From NCBI GenBank assembly GCA_000934665.2, contig JYFJ02004481.1:1-32041 (forward strand): a stretch of DNA of 32,041 nucleotides. Reading direction: 5' to 3'. Each line of letters begins with the position of its first letter. The stretch's first letter is position 1. Positions 1 through 12,300 of the stretch are shown here, in pieces. The notes beneath the pieces were generated by a model. That model was given only the letters and a program-made list of their open reading frames with translations. It was not told where the DNA came from and made no database searches. Made by a program: the position numbers and the translations under genes. Source of the stretch: Catajapyx aquilonaris (taxonomy: Eukaryota).

Positions 1-1204
1 GCGAATGGATGCTGCTGTCATGGAGATTGAAGCTATCATATCTTAACATGTGGACTAACATGCTCTTACTTGCAGAAACATGTAGATTAATTAGCGAAGT
101 ACAGGTGGTGCTCGTTATACATCAATATTACATTACAAAATACGGAAAACATGTGCTACAACTAATGCTGCCAACGTAACATAGAATTATGTGTAACGGA
201 CACCTCCAAATATTTAGAGCAACCGTAGTCATTACTATTGAGTAGAACTCTCCTGAATAATCCGAACTATAGAAGAAGAGCAATGACTGGATTCTATTTG
301 ACGAACTAAGAGTCGGTTGCGTGATTGACAGTAAACCCAGAACAAGTTGTTCACATAGGTTTAATCACTTGGATTTATTGTCGATCACGCTTGCCCATTC
401 TTAGGCCATTAAATCTCCGTGGCACCGATTTCCATTCCAGTGAAACTAGAAGTCTCCTCCCGGAGACCAGACCAGAATGCGAGCGCAGTGAAAACCAAAA
501 TAAACATATTTGTTGTATGTTCCCCGTTCAGCGTAGGAATCATGTTGATCTAGTCCAGTATTTCCCAAACGGCCAATTGAAAACAAATGTAGTGCTGGTT
601 TTGTAAAAATCTGTCTTGAGTGTTCAATTATTGCCTAATTGTGCTTTTTTTAAATTAAAAAAAACTCAGACTCATTCATGTTTGGGAACCACTGATCTAG
701 TCTATTCTGCTGCATTGTTAACGCTCATTAAATCTTTACTGTCACGAGAAAATGACCGCAGGTAACAGCATCGGCCAGTGATAGCAGCTTGAGGTTATGT
801 GTTGAATTGTTGCGACCTCCGGATGTAAAGAGTGCGGTAATCCGCTGTCGCCTGTCGTCTTCTCCGTAATGGTGCAGTACGTTATAAAGTGTTACATACA
901 TTCCATGTGAAAAAGCTGTTAACAAAAATTGGAAGAAAGTTTGTAAATGTCACACCTTATATATATATATATGTCTAGTGTACAGTACACTATAAAAAGA
1001 AGATTGTTTTGGACTTGGTTAAAACAGGTTTATGTACATATACAGAACTATGGGATAAAAACAATTAAATATGAGGAATAAATGTGGAAATTAAAAGCAG
1101 GGTGATATAAATACCAAAAAAATGGGAAAGTGCAATTATTTCACTTCCTTCCTTCCGTCCTTTTTTTTTTTTTTGGCCAGGCATTTCAGTCTTGTTGCAT
1201 GCCG

Positions 1205-4200
1205 TTACGAGAGTGCGTCCTTCTCTGTGAGTCGGATTATCTCGAATGGATTTCCACTCTCACTCTGTAAAGCGAACAATAGTTTAAACGTAGGATCTGC
1301 TTCGACTTAATCGTGCGAGGCGAACCTTTCCAGTCATCGCCTTGATCTTGTTGAAGAGGCTGTGACCCCTCGGCTGGGAGTATTGCAGCATGTCCTGCTC
1401 ATCTTCCTCTCCCTCCTGCAAGGCGCAGCTTTCAGCCGGGGGCAGCTCCACGTCCCCGTCATCAGCCTCCATGCCGCCACCAGGCTTCGCTCGGACCGGA
1501 CCAGCCGACTGAACTAGCTTCATGTACTTGTACTCAAGCCGCCTGTGCTGCTTCCAGAAGCAAAGCAGGAGTCCGCACAGTAGACCCGCAATGGCCACAG
1601 ACACTGCTATCATCACCTGCGATGAACCGACATGAGCGTTGCAACTAATCCCAATATCCCAGTGTGTTTACCTGCACCAAGAAGGGCAGCTTGGTGGTGC
1701 ACGGGGCCGAATGTGACCCTCCTTCCTGCTGCTCGTCGTCCTCCGCGATGCAGTGGGTGGTCGGGAGGTAGTGTATGTCCTGCTTTCCATCAACGCACTC
1801 GCCTCTGACAATCCTGTAGTCACCTGGTCCGCAACGTGGGCAGGCCAATGCGGACTCCCACAGGAAATGGAAGTTGCATCCGTCGCATGTGGCATCCGGG
1901 CAGCGGGAAGGTGGCCGGATGGTGCCATTCCCAGGTGATGCCGGGTTGCACCGTAGCGTTATGGTAGTGTCACGACCCTGCGGACATGCTCTTGTCGCTC
2001 TGTGGACAATAGCGACGTTATCACTGTGCAGGTCATGTTAATCCGTGAACTTACGCAGGCGTCGTGAAGAAAAAGTGTAGGTCATGCGGCTGCGGGTCTC
2101 GAGCGAACTCCTCGATGACGGCCATCCCCAGCAGAGTGGTCTCGGGCGTTACACCGACCAGGTGGTCCCCGAGGCTGACGGCCTGCGTTGAAAGCGGGCT
2201 GCCTCCGTCCATGGTCTGCGCCGGAACCACCGTGCTTCGGCACACCAGAGCCTTCACCTGGGGTGGCGATGAAGACGGCCCTCCAGGTGACATCTTTTGA
2301 CGGTGTTGGGGTGACAAGGGCTGTGTCATGCCAGGGGGTCGGTACATGCAGGTTCAGGCCGGGACAATTAGCTACAGTATTGACGCTTGCACTATTACTA
2401 GTAAAATCTATTGTTTTTTTTAAGTGGAAGGTCTCAAAGCGTCTGCAGGGGAAGGGCTATACATGCAAGGTAAGTGATTGAGAATTAGTAATTAATGTAA
2501 TCGCTGTGCCCTCACCACGGATGCCTCCCCTTCCACCTGGTACGACACGTTGTTGGCGCACTGCGACATGTGCATCCCGCACAGGCTGATGTTGAACAGG
2601 TGGAAATACTGCGTGCCAGATGCAGTGAAGAGCAAGCTGCCTTTGATCTGACGGGGCCTGTGGAAGCAACAATTATGACATGTTTATTTTATTTTATTTT
2701 ATTTTATTTTATTTTTAGTTGTACCCCGTTATCTGGCCAATAGGTCATTTCTAGGGGGGTGGATTACCACCAATTGGGGTTTTGGAGCGATGTACATGGA
2801 TATACTTAATTGCTCCAAGGGTAATTAGGAGGGGATGTGCAAAGTGCAAGTGCGCTGTCGTTAATTGGTCATTTTGTGAACTCCCCCGGGTGGCTTAGTC
2901 TATCGGAAATTGCCACCCGAAACGAAGCCAGAGATGGCCCAACTCTGCACGAAAGAAGGTGGGAACAATTATGACATGTATATGTATACACAAAAGGCGA
3001 AGTTTGTTTGTCTGCCAAAAATGGACCAAAAATGGCGGCCGTTTGCCCAAACCTGGCTAAACTCGCATTTTATGTGTTGGAAACGGAGACGATTCATCCT
3101 GAGTGGCAGACCACCCTTCGACCTCTCAGGCCGAGCATGTGGCCAGCACATCAGGATGACAAGGTTGGTCGCGTCTCGACCGCGTCTACTTACCCAGCGA
3201 GAGCTCTCAGATCGTAGACGGACGAGTCCAGGTTGAACCTGCAGTCCGTGGTGCATGTCTGTCCGTCCCAGCTGGTCAGTCCGGGTCCGCAGGCCTTGCA
3301 GGCGTCCTCTCCGTACGGCAGAACAGAACCGGACCCGGAGAGCGACACGGTGTGCGGAGGACACTTGCTGCAGGCGGTCGTGTTGGGGTCGATGAACTGA
3401 CCTGGAGGACAGGTCACGCACCCTCCGGCCTCTCCGGCCTCTGCACCTTGAGGACACGGAAGACACGCCGATGCGCCTCCTTCGACGGTGTTGGTCACGT
3501 TCACGACGAAGATCTTGGCCACGTCCGAGTCCATGGCTGCCCCTGGGCCGATCCCTGGAGAGAGCACGGAAGCTCCGGTATCCAGTTGGTACTTCTGAAA
3601 CGCCCAGCTGAACGTGTAGCTGTCGTTCTCGGTCACCACGTAGCTGAACCTCTGGTACTCCTGCGACCCCGTCCAGCTGTGTATCACCGTCACTCCCTTG
3701 TTCGGCGAACCCTGCGAAAAATAAACCCCAACATGTACCAGATCGGACGAAAGTATACTCTAATTGCACACCGTACCTGCATGAAGACGAACTCGCAGTC
3801 CCTCTGGCACTGCAGCTGGAACGCGAACGAGACGCGTCCGACTTCCAGTGCCCGTCCGTCGACCAGCCCTTCGCGTCCTCTGAACCCGGCCACGTTCAGC
3901 GACAGCACCAGGTACGCCGCGTCCGAGTGACCCCTCATCGAGTGGATGTGGTCGCCAGCCGGCTGCCACCCGTCCGTCGACGTGCATCCGTCTCCTTCGA
4001 CGCTCATGCAGGTCGAGGACATGCTCGGAGGCAACTCGGACCACCACTGGTACTGGTAGCCGTAGTTCGGGGTGGTGGACGGAGGGCACTTCTGACACGA
4101 CCTGACCCCGTCCGAGTAGTGGTCCCTGGGACAGAACTCGCAGCCGGTGGTGCCGTACTGCATCCCCGGGTTGCAAGGCGGACACGACTGCTTCTGTCCA

Positions 4201-6296
4201 GACGGAGGAAGCGGTACGGACGAAGGGTCGTCCTCTCGGCACGTGCGAGGTTCGGCCCACTTGTACATCAGCTGCGTCTGTAACGACAAGAGTTGTACTA
4301 CACGCTGTACCTGCTGCACTGACACTGCCAAAACGTACAGGCAAAGTTCCCCCCTCGGTCCGTGGTTAGTACGAGGTTAGTACGAGGTTAGGTTAGGTTA
4401 GGTTAGGTTAGTACGAGGTTAGTAGGCCTTACGAGGTCAGTACTAGGTTAGGTTAGGTAAGTACGAGGTTAGGTTAGGTTAGTACGAGGTTAGTAGGCCC
4501 TACGAGTTCAGTACGAGGTTAGGTTAGGTTAGTACGAGGTTAGTAGGCCCTACGAGTTCAGTACGAGGTTAGGTTAGGTTAGTACGAGGTTAGTAGGCCC
4601 TACGAGTTCAGTACTAGGTCAGTACGAGGTTAGGTTAGGTTAGGTTAGTACGAGGTTAGGTTAGGTTAGTACGAGGTTAGTAGGCCCTACGAGTTCAGTA
4701 CTAGGTTAGTACGAGGTTAGGTTAGGTTAGGTTAGGTTAGGTTAGGTTAGTACGAGGTTAGTAGGCCCTTACGAGTTCAGTACTAGGTCAGTACGGGTTA
4801 GTACGAGGTTAGTCCGGGTAGTTCGTGGACGCCGCAAAAAAAAGTGAATATATAACCCCTCGGTTTACCCGGATTAGCTCCGGATTGAGTACGTTCACCT
4901 CCACAGCAGAGATAAAGCCCATGGGTTTTAATCAAAGTGACGGCAGCAGGTAGGATTAGTGTGTTCAGGGCGTCCCTGATATCAAAGAAGGTCGCGCGGT
5001 ATACCCTGAGTGAATGTGTACACGGTGCCAAGATTGCCTGATCCCGGATTGCGTGTGGTCGCATAGGAAACCAACATGCGAGGACCCCCCTCGAATGACA
5101 AAATAGTTTAGATTAGAGTGTTAATTGAATTGTCGCGTTCTTTGGGCCCGGGGTCTAATAATTGTGGAGCAGACGAAAGTTGAGAAATGCTGCTTAACCG
5201 ATTGCGCACCACAGTTCGCGCAGCGTCCACGGTTGGAATTACCACTAAGAGAGTATATACCTGATTGTTGGCGTCACATTGCGAGTGCATCTCGTAGTAG
5301 TCGTTGACATTGCACGGAGGCCTCCTGAGACAGTTGGGCGAGCCCGCTGGTGCGAAGTGCGTGTCTGTGGGACACGGCCTGCAGTCCGGCGACCTGGGTC
5401 CGGAAGAGGTGTCCTTGGGACAGTCCGAGCAGAGCCTGGAGCCTCCCTGGCTGTACGTCCCTGGCCTGCAAGGAGTGCAGGAGGAGGCGTAGGCCACCCC
5501 GGAGACCTCGATCCTCCTGATCAGGACGGGCTTGGCCCTGTGGGCGTCCACTCCGATGGTCTTCCACTGCAGGACGTTGATTCCCGTCCGAAGCTGGACA
5601 GTCTGGACACGCCACTTGCCTTCCTCTGTCGGAGGAGGCCACTTGAAGCTCTCGGCCTCCTCGATCGACTGGCACTGCTCGTTTTGCACCTGACCACAAG
5701 GACCGGGTATTTAATTACAATCAAACAAAAAAACAAAGACCTCGCAGGTAAATAACAACAACCCACATTTCAGAAAATCTCCTATTGCTTTACGAAAGCA
5801 ACGGATGAGTGCGCACGACGACAGTTCGCGCATCGTGCAACGCATCGTGTGTAGTGTGCTTACTGCGCTGCACTTATTTCCAACGCTACGCATGGGGGAG
5901 AACAAAAGGGTCGACATTTGCCGCGGTGTAGGCTAAACGTACCATGGCGTACCACGGCGAAAACAAACAAACAAGCCAACAAACAAACACTGAAAAAAAT
6001 AAAAAATAAAAATTCATCTATATAAATACATACTACGTGAACAGAATTATTATTTTGTGGGATGTATATCGGATTACAAGAGAAAAATGCTCTCACTATT
6101 ATTTGCCCCTGAGGTTCTCAAGACTATAAAATTAATGTTTTGCAGGTTTCAACTTACGGAGCAATGAGCTGAAATTGGTCTAATTAAAGGAAGCAACATA
6201 ATCGCAAGTATAAAGAGCTGGGGGGAAAGTGCGTACAGAAAGCGATTTCAAGTGCCTATTTAAAGCAGGGACACACAAAGCAAGGCTATAAAATTA

Positions 6297-6327
<31 letters not shown>

Positions 6328-9300
6328 CCTCTCCGGATTTTTATTAGTGTGGGAGGGGTTACCCCAGCAACATCCAGAGAAACCAGGATTTAAACAGAAC
6401 CCACAGAGAGATCGATCGGATCGATCCGCTCGCCAAAAACCCGTGGCGATCTGATCCATAATTCACATTTTTTTTTTTTTGCTCTTGTTTACATGGCGTT
6501 AAATCCATCTCTGCGGTATTTTATTTTAAAAAACTGTTCATTGGGGGGGAAGAACGCAGCGAACCACACAGCTACACAGATTTATGGCCAGAATATTTGC
6601 ACATTGTATTTACCTGGAAGTTGAATATGACTGACTCGTCGCTGTATTGGTAGCTGTAGCTGAGTGCACCTGGTTTGACCAGCTTGACTGTGTACAGCAG
6701 CACAGAGGCGCATGGACCTCCAGGAGAAACCAAGAACTCTCCTCTTGCTTGCCATCCGAACCTTCAAAATAATTTTAAAAATGGCGATATCAATGCAAAA
6801 TAATAATAATATGAGAATCCTTCAGACTTAAAGGCTAACAGTACATGAACTTTTTAGGAGCTCAGCCGAGTGCTCAGCACAGTTCACGCAGCGTGCACGG
6901 TTAGCATTATCAACGATATCTGGTCAGCTCTCTGTTGCACTTATTTCCAACGCTACGGTTGGGATAGGAAGAAAATGGCCGCCATTTGCGACGTTTCTGA
7001 GGATATGGAACGGACTCCGAGGCTACAAGTCTAGCCCATTACTACCTGCAGTGCACATCTATTGGACTACACAGGGTGTTTCATAATGATTCCCCCACTG
7101 TGAGCTGCGGACACCTAAATCGATCCTCTGGGATGCTGTTCATCACCCCCGAAGTTTCGTTGGAATCATTACGAAACACCTAGTATCTATACAGCCCACA
7201 GGGGGCGACATTACTTGGTGCAGTTGACCTGGGCCAGCTGCCTCCCCAGGGAGGTGAAGGATGACCTGAAGGACTCGACCTGGACGTGGAAGCCAGGCGG
7301 CAGGGTCTCCCACGAATCGAAAATGAGTCCTCCTCCCAATGAGGACGTCCCAGATGGACAGCTCTCGCATTCCAGGGCGCTCAGGTTGAAGAACTTTCCT
7401 GCCTCGCATGAAGTGCCTGCAGAATAAATAAATTAGATTTGAGCCTCGGTCGCACGACCAGACGCTTTCAGATCAACCGACAATGGTCGTGCGACCGAGG
7501 CTCGTAATCGTGAGGGCGTAAACAGGCCTTTGAGAGAGTGTGGCCTAAGTTCGGTTGATGCGACCACTTAAAACAGGACCCCTAACCTGGGGCAACAACG
7601 GGAAAACTTTGGCGCTGCTCCATTTCCGGACAATTTCGGAGGCTCTTTAATTCCTCTCCCGGGGCAAATTAAGCAGTGAGAACCAAAGCTTCGTCGTCGT
7701 TAAAAAAAAGCAGGCTTCAAATCCCACCCAGACTTTTTTCCTCTCCAAAAATGAAAGGAGTCATTAAATGTGGTCGTAAAACACACTGTGAGCAGATCTT
7801 ACAGGATGTCGCATCCGCAAGTTTTCGAAACACCCTGTAAACAACCCAGCTAGAAGTGGCGCCATCACACACGCCAAAAAAAAACATGGAGGAACTTTCC
7901 TGAGACGGAGTTAATCCAATTTGGGAAGCGAGGCAAAGATATTAACAGGGTGCTTGACTTTCCTCCGCGAAAGGATGAAGCCGCTCTTGGGAAAAGGGCT
8001 GTCTCGGAAAATCTATGTGAGCGACATGGTACTACGGCCACACACACAGTGTTGCCAAGTTTTGACGTCCAAAATTATGCCTTAAAACACACACGAACGA
8101 TGGATCGAACTTTCTTCCTCCCAAATGGCCAAAAACTGGCACAAAATCCTCTTCCAAACCCCATAATGAGGTGCCAGCCTCGTTACCTCCTGTTAGGAAC
8201 CTGCTAATGAGCTTGTGATTCAGAAACTCTGCGCTCCACGATTTTGCTCTGTGCGTGCGGCCATTTTGTTCCTCCGCTTCATGCGACTCTTTAATTTTTG
8301 TAGACAGCAACCATGGCTCATCATCCCTTTGAAAATTACCTCGGTGCTCTACTATATCCAGTCCCCCCCCCCCCCTATTCGCAGGGACGTTACACAGGGG
8401 GGTAGAAAAAGATCGGCTTTAATTCCCCAACCGCAGAGCAAAGAGGCGAAACCGCCTATATAGACGGGGAAAGAAAATTTCGGTAGGAGCTTCTAACGTC
8501 ACATAGATAAACCCTCCAGCGCCTAAGACCAGCACACGTAGATTACAGTTCCTCCTCGAATAAAACAAGAGAAAACGACCGCGGTGTTGTTCAATATTCT
8601 AACGCAAAGGTTAAAAACTCTCTCAAAACTTTGTGCAGAGTTGCAACAAGACTTGTCCATAATTTATTGATATACCGTGTATATGCTTCGAGAAAACTTT
8701 CAGAGTTCGGAAATTTAACGAACTATCACTATATACTTTCATATTTTGACGCCCATTAAGAGGACCCCTCTATCATGTCTCAAAAATTTAACGTACTGTC
8801 ACTTTAAGGCAAAGTTGGAGGGGAACAAAATGGCCGACGTTTGTGACGTTGCCAAAAGTCTCTGGAACGAATCTCTGGAAACGTTGTTGTCAGGACAGTG
8901 TGGCTGCGCGAGTGTGGATGCGCACAGCGCACTAGGTTAAAATCATAATATACGACCAAGAGCTAAAGTTATTAGCTCTTGATACGACCAAGTGAGGGGG
9001 TCGAGCCGGGCAGTGTTGCCAAAAAAACAAGTGGAGTGACATTATAAGAGCAAGGATTTCCAACAGTCGGACCACCTTTTTGGGCAATATTTCTTAAGAA
9101 GACACTCACTGCAGTCGTTAACTCTGACAGGTGCATTTGGAGCTCCTCCGACGCACAGTCCCGGTTCAGGCACCGACACCCGCCATCTTCCTCCTTCTTC
9201 GTCACACTCGGTAAATTCGTAGTGGAAGTCGTTCTGGAAAACAAAAGGGAAGTTTCTATATAGTGGCATGGCCCTGACGGTTTATATTGGAGGGAGGGCA

Positions 9301-12300
9301 GCCCCTGGAAATTGCTTTTTGGCCTCTTCCTTCTGCTGCATTGTACTGTACAGTGCATACAATGTAGACTACACAACGGTCACTAGAATGTGTCAATTTG
9401 CGATCAAGGAGGAGGACAAACATTTTTTTTGCAGGTTTTTATGCTGGTGTATACATACTGCGGAAATTGTTATCTGCCAGATAAGTCGCATGGATGTAGC
9501 TCACAGGGTGTTTCATTAATACGACGCGCTCCCTCCTGCAGGGGGGACTAACCACTCAATTAACGGGGTCTAATCAACTGTAGTCAGGAAAATGAACTTG
9601 TCACTTCGTTGTTGGTTTTTTTTCTGGTCCAGCTCATCCCGACGACGACGTAAACAGACTCGACAGACATGTTGTCTCCTCCCTTCAAAAGACTCCTTCA
9701 CTTTGAACAGACTTATAACGAGCGCCATTCAGCCGTGAATGGCGTTCATTAAATTCGCTCGATGGCACGTCATGCGGGGGTTTGTTTTTTTTTCCCCCGG
9801 CAGCAGATTTCTCCAAGAGTAACAAATAATTATCGCGTTTGGTCACGAAATCCAAATATTATGACGTTGAAGTTATGCGTCAAAATGCCATTAAATATAT
9901 TCGATACATTGCGGCATATTTTTTTGCTTACACAAAAATTTCATGTATACGTGTAGAGCCATTCTTGTTATTTTTTGCGCATTTTTTGGCAACAGTTGCA
10001 TCGTTGCAATTTCGAGCAATCATGCGTCAAAATCGCATTAAAATAATCGGTACATTGCGCCAGATTTTTGCCTATCCTAAATTTCATGTACCTTTTGGGC
10101 TATACCCTTGTTATTTTTCGCGAATTTTGGCAACAGCTGAATCATGCATCAAAATATATTCGGAACATTGAGCCAGATTTTTGCTTATACTCACAAAATT
10201 TCATGTACAGTTTTGTACCATTCTTGTAATTTTTTGCGAATTTTGGCAACAGTTGCATCGTTGCAATTTCGAGCCGACAAACTGGCAATCTCTAGGGGAA
10301 GTTGTGTGGTTGGCCGCAAAACACTGATAAAACAACCAGGCTCTCTCGGTAAATACGAACTGACGGATCCGTGCATGTTCAATTGCAAAAAAAAAAAAGT
10401 CCGGTCCGTTGGGACAAACACTAAATAACAATTAACCGATCGCAAATAGCCAAATGGGTTAATGTCCTACTTGATTTTTAAAAAAAAATCGGTAAAGCTG
10501 CAGCATAACAATTTTGCGGGACTCTCGTAAAAGGTCATGAAAGTTGCAACGTTACGTGACATTTATAAATAACTCTGCAGGTCATAACCGCGTTTCCCCA
10601 AATTTAGGCAACAAAAATGGCACGCTACATTTTTTATTTCGCAAAAAAACGGTATGCAGTTGCCATTTTTTCCCAAGGCTCTTCCAAATTGCTGTCGTTA
10701 TTTTTGGATTACGTAACGCAGCACTAAAGGCCCGCTTTTAAACTAAAATACATTGCGCTTCTGATGTCACTTACATGTCTCTACTATTACACTAAATTAA
10801 TTTTAGCATTATTTTAATTTAATTTAAATTTGTGTGACTTATATGTCCTGAACATTTTGTACCCCTGTTCATGACCAGCAGTGCTACATACAAATTACTG
10901 CAGGGCTTAACATGCCAGCAGTGCGATACTGTAACTAATTGAAACCTTTTTGCGCTCATTGCGATTTACAGGTTTTTGCGACTGTGACATTTCACAGCGG
11001 TCATAGTTGTTTTTTTTTGGCGGAATGGTCACAGCTGAACAGGCTTCATCAGGAGGATTTTAATGCGATGCGTTTAATTGTATGGATCGGCGACCCCCTA
11101 ATAATCACCTGATAGCTAGTGTCGCGTTCATGACATCAGAGGGTTATAGGTTATCAATTACCGCTCGCAAAAAAAAAAATGGCCCGCATAATTAATGTTA
11201 CTTTGTAATTGCAAATTATCGGTTCATTCTGGTGCATTCGTCACCTATAGTCATAAATTCCGGAAAATTTCGCAATTTACTTATTTGCAATTAAATTCTT
11301 CACGTACAATTCGCTAAAATGGCACAAACTTTGAAGCCTTTATTTAAAAAACTGCAGGCTACATAATCACCCAGTTATTTTTTGCACAAAAAGTTTCAGC
11401 TGAATCCAAAACTCTGCCATGAATTCGCGACACCAACACGTCCTCAATCATCGCAAAAAATAGCAGGAAAACCACATCACATTTTTTTCTCACTTCTCCT
11501 GCATTTCTATAGTCTTTTTACCCACAAAAGAAAGACTATAGGAACATTTTAGGTCTTTAGAAAAAAGAGAGAGAGACGTCCTTTTTCGCAATTTTTTTCG
11601 CTGAAAGTCGCAACGCAATTTCGCCAGGGGGCCCCGCGGAATAATCTCCTCTTTTCCTCTAGAATAACATTGGCGGAGAATTCAGGAAATTGTCCTGATT
11701 ATTCTGGCCCAAAAAAAAGAGTTTTTTCCCCAGGGCTTTAAAGTAGCGATGAGAACTTTTTAACGCACACTTGTGCACATACGCGTTTTTTTGTGTGTGC
11801 AAAAATAAATCGAAAGAGTGCACTTTAATTAAATTTGCGGTCAAGTGAACTCCCAGAGGTGTTAAAGTTGAACGAATCGTTTATAAATTCGCGTAGGATG
11901 AAAAAAAATTTGTTCGCTAATTTTTTGAGCATAAAAAACACTCCTGTACATCTGCTAGTTTTGCAATTATTTCCAGCTCTTAATTAGCGTAGGCCCTACT
12001 TCAAAAATGGCAAAAAACAAACTTTTCCGGTGTTTACAATGAAATGGGCACTGTCGTTCGCGTTTCGAATCAATTTCGCCAACTCGTTTCATTAGGAACT
12101 TTTGCACAAACTTTTTCCCTCGCTTGTTTTAAACAGAAAAATATTTGGCTGCAAAATGTTTCAAAAGCTTGCAGCTGAAAAAAAATAAATCGATATTTGT
12201 ATGTCGCCTGCTAATTTAGGCAGTGAATTAGTCCCTCATTTCGGCTCGGGGAGGGGAAAAAAACATTGATTTCTTCAAAAGCGAAATTTGCAACACTCAT

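Noticed and set aside
2969..4344. Long alternative-frame and antisense ORFs (266, 194 and 192 aa) over ELAPOR exons
   Set aside because: Shadow ORFs of GC-rich coding exons with no recognisable domains.
7072..7837. CAGGGTGTTTC / GAAACACCCTG inverted pair flanking ELAPOR exon 3, suggesting exon capture by a mariner-like element
   Set aside because: Only 11 bp. The motif recurs near 9503, and the right copy pairs with a nearby TACAGGATGT at 7800 as a tiny relic. The exon is an ordinary part of the host gene.
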